From Candidatus Saccharimonadota bacterium (GTDB lineage Bacteria; Pseudomonadota; Gammaproteobacteria; Enterobacterales; Enterobacteriaceae), in the NCBI RefSeq assembly GCF_000973505.1, contig NZ_CP010048.1, positions 90,001 through 122,000 of the forward strand: a stretch of DNA of 32,000 nt, written 5' to 3'. Each line of letters opens with the position of its first letter. The stretch's first letter is position 1. Below the pieces are notes generated by a model. It was given only the letters and a program-made list of their open reading frames with translations, searched no databases and had not been told where the DNA came from. Both the position numbers and the translations under genes were made by a program. This document shows positions 1 through 9,200 of this stretch, in pieces.

Positions 1-1
1 T

Positions 2-535
2 TTATATAATAAATTGAAAGAGATTGATCCTATTGCGGCAAGTAAAATTCATTATAATGATCATAAAAGGTTATTAAGGGCGTTAGAGGTTTTTTATGTT
101 TCAAAGAAAACTTTGACTGAGTTAACTATGGTGTCAACTCAAAATTTGTTAGTGGATTATTCAATTTATTTATTTGCCATTCCGCCGGTGGATCGTATGA
201 TATTACATAAGCGTATTGAGAATAGATTTTATTATATGTTAGAAATTGGTTTTGAAGAGGAAGTTAGAAAACTTTTTTCTCGAGTTGATTTACATCGAGA
301 TTCTCCATCGATTTCTTGTATAGGGTATCGTCAGATGTGGTTATATCTGTCTGATCAAATAAACTATCATGAAATGATTTTTAGATGTATTTGTGCTACT
401 CGTCAACTTGCTCGCCATCAAATAACTTGGTTGCGTAAATGGTCTAATATTTATTGGTTGGATAGTAAAAGTAATATATATGGTTGGGTGGACGAAATTA
501 ATCGTGTTGTGAATTTAGATCGTGTGGTTATTTAA
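2..535 (+). CDS. miaA: tRNA dimethylallyltransferase MiaA, C-terminal part (5' end lies upstream of the window)
   Basis: The frame is open from the window edge (no stop from nt 2), so the TTG at 14 in the ORF track is not the real start. The translation aligns over its length with the C-terminal ~175 aa of E. coli MiaA ([25 protein letters not shown] vs [32 protein letters not shown]; [14 protein letters not shown]). TAA stop at 533-535. Confidence 0.93.
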   Translation, partial: LYNKLKEIDPIAASKIHYNDHKRLLRALEVFYVSKKTLTELTMVSTQNLLVDYSIYLFAIPPVDRMILHKRIENRFYYMLEIGFEEEVRKLFSRVDLHRDSPSISCIGYRQMWLYLSDQINYHEMIFRCICATRQLARHQITWLRKWSNIYWLDSKSNIYGWVDEINRVVNLDRVVI

Positions 536-1096
536 TATTTGTATGATGTATTGTTGGTGCTTATATTTTGGGTGTTTTGGGATATAAATATGTTGTATAT
601 TTTTTAAAACGGCATAATTTGTGTTTTGTTTTAAGTTTTATTGTTGTTTTCTGATGTTTTTAATTTTTTTTTATTTTTTATTATTTTTTATAAATATTAG
701 ATGTATTACTTTTGTGTATAGTAAATTTTTACATATGTATTATTTATTATTTGTAGCTTGAACTTTGATGAATTTTAGAATTATTTATTTATTGGTAATG
801 TTTTTTTTAGATGTTTATTGTGTGAAGATGTTTTTATTGTTTTTTATTAGGTTTTATATATTTTAGTTAATTTGAGATTATGATATTACACAAAATTTAT
901 TTATTTATATTTTAATTTTTTACTGAAATAGTTTTATTTTTTTTTGATTGTTTGGTCTGTATTTTATCAAATGTGATAATTTTAAGTATTTATGTTGTAC
1001 TATATAAGTATTTTTTTAGTGGTGGATAAATTAGAATTATAATTTTGATGAGATGGTATAAATTATGATATTTAATAATATTTGGAGTGACATGTA

Positions 1097-2380
1097 ATGT
1101 GGGATGATGTTTATTGTTATAAATATGATTTTGATACGTTAAAATTGATTGAGCATTCTTCTAGTAGTAATTGCATTAGTCATACTAAACAAAACAGGTA
1201 TAAGTTATATTTTTTGGATTTTATAGAAAAATTTTTATATAAATTAGATCATGCAGTAAAATTATTTAATAACAGGGGCATTGGATCTAATAAGATGCCT
1301 GGGAAAAAGTATTATTTTGTTGTGAGTATTTTTATTATTGTGTGTGTTTTAGTTTGGATTGGAAGTGGTTTGTATACTATTAAAGAGGCTGAAAGAGGAG
1401 TGGTGCTTCGTTTTGGAAAATTTCATCATGTAGTACAGCCTGGTCTTAATTGGCGTCCTGTGTTTTTTGATATTGTTATTCCTGTAAATGTAGAATCTGT
1501 ACGTGAATTAGCAGCATCCGGTATGATGTTGACTTCTGATGAAAATGTTGTTCGGGTGGAGATGAATGTGCAATATCGAATTACTGAGCCAGAGCGTTAT
1601 TTATTTAGTGTGACTAATGCTGATTATAGTCTTCGGCAAGCGACAGATAGTGCTTTGCGAGGAGTCATTGGAAAATATACTATGGACTTAATTTTGACTG
1701 AAGGTCGTACTGTAGTTCGTAGTGATACCCGTCGTGTTTTAGAAAGTACTATTTATCCATATAATATGGGTATTACTTTGTTGGATGTTAATTTTCAAAC
1801 TGCTAGGCCTCCAGAAGAAGTAAAAGCAGCTTTTGATGATGCTATTGCTGCTCGTGAAAATGAACAACAGTATATTCGTGAGGCTGAAGCCTATTCTAAT
1901 GAAGTTAAACCTCGTGCTAATGGTCAAGCGCAACGTATTTTAGAGGAAGGTCGTGCATATAAAGCCCGCACAGTATTAGAAGCACAAGGAGAAGTACAGC
2001 GTTTTTCTAAAATATTACCTGAATATAAGTTAGCACCTAAAATTACTCGTGAACGACTATATATAAATACAATGGAACGGGTTTTAAGTCAGAATCAAAA
2101 ATTTTTAATTAGTGATAAAGGGAATAATAATTTATTATTAATACCTGCCAATCGTATTGATCGTGTTAATAATCATCGTAAAGATGTTCAGTATGGTAAT
2201 AGTGATGGGAATATTAATGGTGTGTTGTCAGTTTTTAGTGGTGATGATAATGTAGTAGCTAATGATATTTCACGTTCTTCTCCATCTTCTATTAATCTTG
2301 ATTCATCACTGATGAATCATCGAAAAATTAGTGAAAAGAATCATGATATGGTTGTAGCACGTGGCAATAGGGGGAAGTAA
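1097..2380 (+). CDS. hflK: FtsH protease modulator HflK (SPFH/band-7 family)
   Basis: 427-aa ORF, near-collinear with E. coli HflK (419 aa): YTIKEAERGVVLRFGKF, VRELAASGMMLTSDENVVRVEMNVQYR, RPPEEVKAAFDDAIAARENEQQYIREAEAY, RANGQAQRILEE. ATG 1097 has GGAG at 1084-1087. The N-terminal LDFIEKFLYKL resembles the E. coli DLDDIFRKLSKKL segment, which favours the long form over the internal ATG at 1295. One TM helix (YYFVVSIFIIVCVLVWIGSGL). Confidence 0.93.
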   Translation: MWDDVYCYKYDFDTLKLIEHSSSSNCISHTKQNRYKLYFLDFIEKFLYKLDHAVKLFNNRGIGSNKMPGKKYYFVVSIFIIVCVLVWIGSGLYTIKEAERGVVLRFGKFHHVVQPGLNWRPVFFDIVIPVNVESVRELAASGMMLTSDENVVRVEMNVQYRITEPERYLFSVTNADYSLRQATDSALRGVIGKYTMDLILTEGRTVVRSDTRRVLESTIYPYNMGITLLDVNFQTARPPEEVKAAFDDAIAARENEQQYIREAEAYSNEVKPRANGQAQRILEEGRAYKARTVLEAQGEVQRFSKILPEYKLAPKITRERLYINTMERVLSQNQKFLISDKGNNNLLLIPANRIDRVNNHRKDVQYGNSDGNINGVLSVFSGDDNVVANDISRSSPSSINLDSSLMNHRKISEKNHDMVVARGNRGK

Positions 2381-2383
2381 GGT

Positions 2384-3412
2384 ATGCGTAATTATTCGAT
2401 TATTGGTGTGGTTTCTTTATTTTTAATATTATGTTTGAATTCCTTATTTATTGTGCAGGAAGGCCAGCGAGGTATTGTTTTACGTTTTGGGAAGGTTTTG
2501 CGTAATATTAATAATCAAGCGTTAGTTTATGATCCAGGATTGCATGTAAAGGTTCCTTTTATTGAGTCGGTAAAAATTTTAGATGCTCGAATTCAAACTA
2601 TGGAAAATCAAGCAGATCGATTTGTTACTATGGAAAAGAAAGATTTAATTATTGATTCTTATATTAAGTGGCGAATTAGTGATTTTAGTAGATATTATTT
2701 AGCTACTGGTGGTGGTGATATTTCACAAGCGGAAGTATTAATTAAGAGAAAATTTTCAGATAGATTACGTTCAGAGTTAGGAAAATTAAATGTTCAAGGT
2801 ATTGTTACAGATTCTCGAAACCGATTAATGAGTGATGTTCGTGAAGCGCTTAATTATGGAAATTCCGGTGAAGATTCAGAATCATATACTACTACTATGA
2901 TAGATCGTACACTTGCGTCTGCTACAGCCCGTGTAGATGAATTAAATGGTTCTTCTGTATATTCATCTTCATTATCGATTAATCCTAATAGTATGGCAGC
3001 ATTAGGAATTAAAATCGTTGATGTTCGGATCAAACAGATTAATTTGCCCACTGAAGTATCTGATGCAATTTATCAAAGAATGCGTGCTGAACGTGAAGCA
3101 GTGGCTCGCCGTCATCGGTCACAAGGGCAAGAAGAGGCTGAAAAATTGCGTGCTGCTGCGGATTATGAGGTGACGAAAATTTTGTCAGAAGCAAAACGAG
3201 AATCATTGATAATTCGTGGAGAAGCAGATGCTGAAACTGCTAAATTATATGCGAGTGTGTTTAGTGTAGATCCAAATTTTTATGCATTTCTTCGTACTCT
3301 TCGTGCTTATGAGAATAGCTTTATGGGTGCTAATAATGATGTTTTAGTGTTAAATTCAGAGAGTGAGTTCTTTCGGTTTATGAAAGCTCCTGATGATTTT
3401 TTTTCTAAGTGA
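2384..3412 (+). CDS. hflC: FtsH protease modulator HflC (SPFH/band-7 family)
   Basis: The ATG lies 3 nt after the hflK stop. 342 aa, collinear with E. coli HflC (334 aa): VQEGQRGIVLRFGKVLR, LDARIQTMENQADRFVTMEKKDLIIDSYIKWRISDFSRYYLATGGGDISQAEVLIKRKFSDRLRSE, VDVRIKQINLPTEVSDAIYQRMRAEREAVARRHRSQGQEEAEKLRA. Confidence 0.96.
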   Translation: MRNYSIIGVVSLFLILCLNSLFIVQEGQRGIVLRFGKVLRNINNQALVYDPGLHVKVPFIESVKILDARIQTMENQADRFVTMEKKDLIIDSYIKWRISDFSRYYLATGGGDISQAEVLIKRKFSDRLRSELGKLNVQGIVTDSRNRLMSDVREALNYGNSGEDSESYTTTMIDRTLASATARVDELNGSSVYSSSLSINPNSMAALGIKIVDVRIKQINLPTEVSDAIYQRMRAEREAVARRHRSQGQEEAEKLRAAADYEVTKILSEAKRESLIIRGEADAETAKLYASVFSVDPNFYAFLRTLRAYENSFMGANNDVLVLNSESEFFRFMKAPDDFFSK

Positions 3413-3567
3413 ATTTGTGGTTTGTGATTTTTATGTATTACATAGTAGTGAATATTGTGTTGTATTATTATGAAATATATTAATTTTAATGTATAATATG
3501 GTATACATTATATAATATAATATATATTATAATTATAAGATAGAAATATAATTGGTACATTAAAAGC

Positions 3568-4887
3568 ATGAGTAAGAGTAAGAGTATTGTTATATTAGGT
3601 GGTCAATGGGGTGATGAAGGCAAGGGTAAGGTTGTAGATTTGCTTGTTGCTACTAAGTGTATTAAATATGTTGTACGTTATCAAGGGGGGGATAATGCCG
3701 GTCATACTTTTTATATAAATTCTAAAAAGATTGTTTCTCATATAGTACCTTCTGGTATTTTTCATAATCATATCATTAATATCATTGCTAATGGTGTAGT
3801 TTTGTCGCCTTTTAGTTTAGTTCAAGAAATTAATGTATTAAGGTCAGAGGGTGTGAATGTTGATGGACGTATTTTGATTTCTGAATCTTGTCCTATGATT
3901 TTACCGTATCATGTAGCTATGGATCGTGCACGTGAGAAATTTGCGGGTGTTCATGCTATTGGTACTACTGGATGTGGTATTGGTCCTGCATATGAAGATA
4001 AGGTAGCTCGTCGTGCATTACGTATTGTTGATTTATTTGATAAAAAACAGTTTGCGAATAAATTAAGAAAGGTAGTAGATTATTACAATTTTCAATTATT
4101 ACATTATTACGATGTAGATGTTATTGATTGTGAAATTGTTTTATCGAAAATTTTGTCGATTGCTGATTATTTGTTAAGTATGGCTGTGGATACGTCAGAT
4201 TTATTGTATAGTGCTCGTCAGCGGGGTGATGTAATTGTATTTGAAGGTGCCCAAGGTGCTTTATTAGATATTGATCATGGTACGTATCCTTATGTTACTT
4301 CTTCAAATACTACTTTGGGTGCTGTTTTTTCAGGTACCGGAGTTATTTTACGTGATAATGATTATATTTTAGGTGTGTTAAAAGCTTATTCTACTCGTGT
4401 GGGTGCGGGGCCTTTTCCAACTGAACTATGTGATAATATAGGTGCTCGTTTATGTGATTATGGTAATGAATTTGGTTCTACTACTGGTCGTCGCAGAAGA
4501 GTTGGTTGGTTTGATGCAGTTATTGTTTGTCGTGCGGTAAAAGTTAATTTTTTTTCTGGTTTATGTTTAACTAAATTGGATGTACTAGATGGGTTGGAAG
4601 AAGTAAAGGTATGTGTTGGTTATCGTTTGAAGAATGGGAAAGTAATATATTGTGCTCCATTGGATTTAAATACATGGGAAGCTGTTGAGCCGGTGTATGA
4701 AATATTTTCTGGGTGGCTTGGAGCAAGAACATTTGGTGTTAAAAAATTTAGTCAGCTTCCAGAAGCATCTCGTATTTATATTCGGCGTATAGAGGAAATT
4801 ATTAATGTTCCTATAGATATTATTTCTACCGGTCCCAGTCGTTATGAGACAATTGTTATACGGCATCCATTGTTGTTAGATTGTTAA
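3568..4887 (+). CDS. purA: adenylosuccinate synthetase
   Basis: 439 aa, collinear with E. coli PurA (432 aa): [12 protein letters not shown]-loop, [93 protein letters not shown]. Position after hflC matches E. coli. Confidence 0.97.
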   Translation: MSKSKSIVILGGQWGDEGKGKVVDLLVATKCIKYVVRYQGGDNAGHTFYINSKKIVSHIVPSGIFHNHIINIIANGVVLSPFSLVQEINVLRSEGVNVDGRILISESCPMILPYHVAMDRAREKFAGVHAIGTTGCGIGPAYEDKVARRALRIVDLFDKKQFANKLRKVVDYYNFQLLHYYDVDVIDCEIVLSKILSIADYLLSMAVDTSDLLYSARQRGDVIVFEGAQGALLDIDHGTYPYVTSSNTTLGAVFSGTGVILRDNDYILGVLKAYSTRVGAGPFPTELCDNIGARLCDYGNEFGSTTGRRRRVGWFDAVIVCRAVKVNFFSGLCLTKLDVLDGLEEVKVCVGYRLKNGKVIYCAPLDLNTWEAVEPVYEIFSGWLGARTFGVKKFSQLPEASRIYIRRIEEIINVPIDIISTGPSRYETIVIRHPLLLDC

Positions 4888-5479
4888 TATTATGTAATCA
4901 GTGTTTGATGTGTTGTTTATTTGTAAAAACTACAAATATTTATAATATTATATGATGTGATGTTTATTTTAATTTCTTTATTAATTATATATGTCATGTA
5001 AATTAACTGTATAATGTGGGCATGATTATAGTTGCAGTTACAGAGGATAGACGAAACGTAATATTATTTTGTAATCAATATGGTAAGGGTGTTTTATATA
5101 TTGAATGTTTATGGATTATTTTTTGATGTTAATTATCTTTTTTTTATGATTTTATAGGAATTGTTTTATTTTTTGAAATATAGTGATTATAAGTTTTTTT
5201 ATATGATCATTATTATCATAGATAAGAGTGGTTTTATTTATATTTTGAGTAAAAATGATGAATGTTATAGTTTATAGTGTTGTAATATAGTGATTATTTT
5301 TATTGTTATTGGTGGTTAGTAGTTTTTATGTTGATATTTATTAATGTATAATGTGTAATGTTAATAGATGTTAGAGATTGTTGAGTAAATTATAGCGTGG
5401 TGTATCATATTAAGCAGTTGAATTTAAACAAAAGTTTTAATATTGGTGTATTTGTTAGTTTTTTTATCGTATATGAGTT

Positions 5480-6223
5480 ATGAGTGAATTAATTTATGGT
5501 ATTCATGCTGTACAGATATTATTGAATAGCAATCCAGATCGTTTTTTGTATATTTATATTTCAAAAGGTTCTTTGAATAAACGTTTGCGTTTATTGTGTC
5601 AGCAGTCAAAACAATTTAATATTCCAGTACAATATTGTGATCGTGTTTTTTTAAATAAGAAAGTTAAGTGTGCTGCGCATCAAGGGGTGGTTGCTGAAAT
5701 TAATACAAGGTGTTCTTTTCAAGAAAAAGATATGTTGTGCTTATTACAAGCACGTAACAGGAAAGATTTGTTATTGCTTATATTAGATAGTGTGACTGAT
5801 CCAAGAAATATGGGAGCGTGTTTACGTTGCGCGGTTGCTTTTGGAGTAGATTTGGTGATTGTTCCTCGTCATCGTTCAGTGGGGTTAACTGCTGTTGTTC
5901 GTAAAGTATCAGCTGGGTTAGCAGATAGTGTTCCATTTGTTCGTGTTGTTAATTTAGCACGTACTTTAATATTATTACAAAAATATAATGTATGGATTGT
6001 GGGTACTGTGCTTGCATCAAAAAAAAGTATTTTTCAAGCTAATTTAGCTGTTCGTTTAGGGTTGGTGATGGGTTCTGAGGGAATAGGAATAAGATGTTCA
6101 ACTAAAAAATATTGTGATGAGTTAGTTAATATACCAATGGTTTCTGAATTGACTTCTTTAAATGTTTCTGTTGCTACAGGAATTTGTTTATTTGAAATAT
6201 TAAGACAACGTGCTTATATGTAG
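5480..6223 (+). CDS. rlmB: 23S rRNA (guanosine2251-2'-O)-methyltransferase RlmB (SpoU/TrmH family)
   Basis: 247 aa. MSELIYGIHAVQILL matches E. coli MSEMIYGIHAVQALL. SpoU motifs are present: LILDSVTDPRNMGACLR, LVMGSEGIGIR, IPMVSELTSLNVSVATGICLFE. Confidence 0.95.
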   Translation: MSELIYGIHAVQILLNSNPDRFLYIYISKGSLNKRLRLLCQQSKQFNIPVQYCDRVFLNKKVKCAAHQGVVAEINTRCSFQEKDMLCLLQARNRKDLLLLILDSVTDPRNMGACLRCAVAFGVDLVIVPRHRSVGLTAVVRKVSAGLADSVPFVRVVNLARTLILLQKYNVWIVGTVLASKKSIFQANLAVRLGLVMGSEGIGIRCSTKKYCDELVNIPMVSELTSLNVSVATGICLFEILRQRAYM

Positions 6224-6633
6224 TTACATGTTATAAGATATTTATTTTAATAAATATATATTATGACTATGAACAGTTAAGATATATTTTGTTAAAATAA
6301 TTAATATAGTGTTACTATTTTTTTGTATTGAATGTTTTTTGTTGATAATTATTTTATAAATTTTAGTTAACGTATATTATAATTATGAAAAATTGTGAAT
6401 ATAAATATGAAGTTTTTTGAATAAAACGTTAAATTTTTTATATTGAGTGGGTATTGTTTTATTAAATTTACTTTAATTACTGATTATTTGCAAGGTGTTT
6501 TGCATGGTTCTTTAGTTATGTTTTTTGTTACATCAAAATATCAAATAAAGATTATTTAAATATTGTACATGTTTTAAGTTATAGGAAAGAAATAAGTAAA
6601 GCATTAATTAATATGAAGTGGAGATAAATATCA

Positions 6634-7023
6634 ATGCGTCATTATGAAGTTATTTTTATGGTACATCCTGATCAAAATGATAATATTTCTAATATAATTA
6701 ATCATTATGAAAATATCATTAGTGTTTCTAAAGGTAAAATTCATCGTTTGGAAAATTGGGGTCGTCGACAGTTGGCATATCCAATTAAAAAATTACGGAA
6801 GGCTTATTATGTATTAATGAACATAGAAGTATTACCTGAATTTATTGATATTTTGGAAGCTGATTTTCGTTTTAATGAAGCTGTTATTCGTAATATGATT
6901 ATACGTGTTAGGTGTGCAGTAAGTGAACCATCTCCTATTATGCGTATTCAGGAACAAGAGGAATCAAATGACATCTTGAATAATATGAAATATGTTGCTC
7001 GTTCGCATGTAAAATTACAGTAA
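6634..7023 (+). CDS. rpsF: 30S ribosomal protein S6
   Basis: MRHYEVIFMVHPDQ and GKIHRLENWGRRQLAYPIKKLRKAYYVLMN match E. coli S6. GGAG lies about 10 nt upstream of the ATG. It lacks the poly-Glu C-terminal tail of E. coli S6. Confidence 0.96.
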   Translation: MRHYEVIFMVHPDQNDNISNIINHYENIISVSKGKIHRLENWGRRQLAYPIKKLRKAYYVLMNIEVLPEFIDILEADFRFNEAVIRNMIIRVRCAVSEPSPIMRIQEQEESNDILNNMKYVARSHVKLQ

Positions 7024-7287
7024 GTATTTTAATATTAATTATATACATAGGATTAAGTAAAGATAAAGATATTGATAGTTTTGGGTATGTTGTTATTTTG
7101 TTTATTTTAAGTTCATGATGTATTATTGTGTAATTTATGTTTTTAATGTTGAATGTTTTTTAGAATATATATTATGTAGATTATATGTTTTTTATATCGT
7201 TTTTTGTAGAATGTATGTAATGATGTTTTATAATGAATCAGTTCAATGATTTTGTATTGGACTAAAAAGGTACTGTAGGAGTTTTTT

Positions 7288-7512
7288 ATGGCACGTTATT
7301 TACGTTATCGGAAATTTTGTCGTTTTACAGTAGATAAAGTTGTTAATATTGATTATAAAGATCTTAATGTATTGAAAGGCTCTATTATAGAGAGTGGTAA
7401 AATCATTCCTAGTCGAATTACTGGTACTAGAACAAGATATCAGCGCCAACTTGCAGTAGCTATTAAGCGAGCACGTTATCTTTCTTTATTACCATATACT
7501 GATCATCATTAG
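7288..7512 (+). CDS. rpsR: 30S ribosomal protein S18
   Basis: 74 aa. [14 protein letters not shown]...IDYKD...[40 protein letters not shown] is nearly identical to E. coli S18. AGGAG lies upstream of the ATG. Confidence 0.97.
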   Translation: MARYLRYRKFCRFTVDKVVNIDYKDLNVLKGSIIESGKIIPSRITGTRTRYQRQLAVAIKRARYLSLLPYTDHH

Positions 7513-7569
7513 TGTAGTTATTAGTTAGAAGCTGTTAGTTAAATATGTATTATTATTATATGAGGATAT

Positions 7570-8022
7570 ATGAAGGTTATTTTATTAGATAAAGTTAAAA
7601 ATCTTGGTATTGCTGGTACAGAGGTTAATGTTAAATCTGGATATGCGCGTAATTTTTTAATACCTAGTGCTAAGGCTATGTTGGCTACCGAAGAGAATGT
7701 TTTATTTTTTAAATCTCATCGTATTTTTTCAGAAAGTAATGCAAACAAGATGCGTTTGGAGGCTGAATGTAAAATTTCTAAAATTCAGAATATTGGATCT
7801 GTGACTATTACATCAAAATCTAGTATTTTAGGAAAGTTATTTGGTTCCATAGGCACGCGTGAAATTGCAGATGCTGTTACAAAGTCTGGAGTGCAGATTT
7901 CTAAAAATAATGTGTTTTTACCTGATGGAAAGATACGAGCTCTTGGTGATTATGATGTTGTTATTAAATTTTATCGTAAGATATCTACCATTTTACATAT
8001 ACATGTGATTAATCAGTCGTGA
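7570..8022 (+). CDS. rplI: 50S ribosomal protein L9
   Basis: 150 aa. MKVILLDKVKNLG...VNVKSGYARNFLIP and GKLFGSIGTREIADAV match E. coli L9. GAGG lies upstream. Position after rpsR is conserved. Confidence 0.95.
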   Translation: MKVILLDKVKNLGIAGTEVNVKSGYARNFLIPSAKAMLATEENVLFFKSHRIFSESNANKMRLEAECKISKIQNIGSVTITSKSSILGKLFGSIGTREIADAVTKSGVQISKNNVFLPDGKIRALGDYDVVIKFYRKISTILHIHVINQS

Positions 8023-8199
8023 GTAGTGATTGTTTACAGTAGTTAATTTTTGTAATAAATGTTGTTAACAATAATGCATACATTGTTTGTGGTTTTTATT
8101 ATTGTAGTTGGTGGTAATATATTAAATGTTAATTATTGTTGTTGTTTTGAAAATTTATTATGTTTATTGGATGTTGTGAGTATATTGCTGGAGTATTTA

Positions 8200-8955
8200 A
8201 TGATTGAGTCCATTATTAATATTTGTTTACAGGCTGGAAGAAAAGTAATGCAGGTATATGATGGAGAAAAAGTCTTTCATTGCAATAAGAAAAAGGATGA
8301 TACTCCAGTTACTTCTGCTGATTTATTTGCTAATGATATAATTATTGCTCGTTTGGAGAATTTAACGCCTGAAATTCCAATTTTATCTGAGGAGAATTGT
8401 TCTTTGTGGGTATATCATAAAGAGGTAGATTCTTTTTGGGTTGTGGATCCTTTGGATGGCACTAAGGAGTTTTTATCTCATAATTATGAGTTTACAGTAA
8501 ATATTGCATTAATAGAGCATGGAAGACCTGTCATGGGAGTGATATATGCACCAGCGTTTGGTATTTTATATGCAGCTGTCAATGGTCAGGCGTGGAAGAT
8601 GAATGTTAATACACAATACTGTGTTAAAATTTCGGCTCATCATTCATATCCTCCTGTTATAGTTATTAGTCGTTTTCACAACGATTTGAGACAATTGCAA
8701 AATTATTTAATGAAATTTATGCATTATAGAATAATCACTGTTGGGTCTTCTTTGAAGTTTTGTTTATTAGCGGAAGGTGTTGTGCAAGTATATCCCAGAT
8801 TTTCTTTTATGCATATTTGGGATATAGCTGCTGGTCATGCTATAGCTGAAGCTGCTGGTGCTATTATTAATGATTGGAGTGGTGCTCCTTTGGTGTATTA
8901 CGGCAAGGTGTGTTCGTCTTTTATGTATTCTGGATTTTGTGCGTCTGTAGTTTAA
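8200..8955 (+). CDS. cysQ: 3'(2'),5'-bisphosphate nucleotidase CysQ (inositol monophosphatase family)
   Basis: Homology to E. coli CysQ (246 aa) begins at the ATG at 8200 (MIESIINICLQAGRKVMQVYDG vs [22 protein letters not shown]), which has GGAG at 8189-8192. Family motifs present: PVTSAD, ILSEE, WVVDPLDGTKEF, EFTVNIALIE, VGSSLKFCLLAEG, YPRF, WDIAAGHA. The ORF track starts at 8059; see the finding on the in-frame upstream extension. Confidence 0.9.
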   Translation: MIESIINICLQAGRKVMQVYDGEKVFHCNKKKDDTPVTSADLFANDIIIARLENLTPEIPILSEENCSLWVYHKEVDSFWVVDPLDGTKEFLSHNYEFTVNIALIEHGRPVMGVIYAPAFGILYAAVNGQAWKMNVNTQYCVKISAHHSYPPVIVISRFHNDLRQLQNYLMKFMHYRIITVGSSLKFCLLAEGVVQVYPRFSFMHIWDIAAGHAIAEAAGAIINDWSGAPLVYYGKVCSSFMYSGFCASVV

Positions 8956-9002
8956 TGTATTGTATTTTTAATTATTATATTAATAAATAGTATCATGGTA
9001 TA

Positions 9003-9042
9003 TGTGTGCATTTTAATGTTAAAGATGCATATGTTTTATTTT
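9003..9042 (+). terminator. candidate intrinsic terminator downstream of cysQ
   Basis: Hairpin with 9007-9014 (TGCATTTT) pairing to 9022-9029 (AAGATGCA): 8 bp including one G-U, loop AATGTTA. It can be extended by wobble pairs to 9003/9033 and is followed by TTTTATTTT (9034-9042). It lies about 50 nt after the cysQ stop. The stem is AT-rich and weak, so this is tentative. Confidence 0.3.
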
Positions 9043-9200
9043 GTTATTAAGTATTTATGAGTGTAAAATTCACCTTTTTTCAATATAATATATTTTTTAT
9101 TGTAGTATGTTTTGTTTCAAGAAGTATGTTATTTACATATGTAGTGTTCTAGAAGTCATCATTTGGGTATAATAAAGGTATTTAATGTGATTTATATAGC

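Noticed and set aside
671-690. Tandem duplication of the 10-mer TTATTTTTTA.
   Set aside because: This is low-complexity poly-T/A sequence in a decayed spacer, with only two copies. It is most simply replication slippage without function.
3676-3702. PurA GGDNAGHT instead of GGHNAGHT, and the G7 run at 3695-3701, as a possible catalytic-site change.
   Set aside because: The catalytic His41 is the second His of the motif (NAGHT) and is conserved. As I recall, the first position is variable (His, Ala or Asn) among adenylosuccinate synthetases, and the G-run is in frame.
4918-4938. AT-rich hairpins after genes as possible terminators: 4918-4938 after purA, 18073-18090 after rpmA, 19398-19418 after obgE.
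   Set aside because: The stems are 7-8 bp, almost entirely A-T, and lack a proper downstream U-tract. Such palindromes are expected by chance in this composition. Only the cysQ-proximal hairpin with a T-tract was kept, at low confidence.
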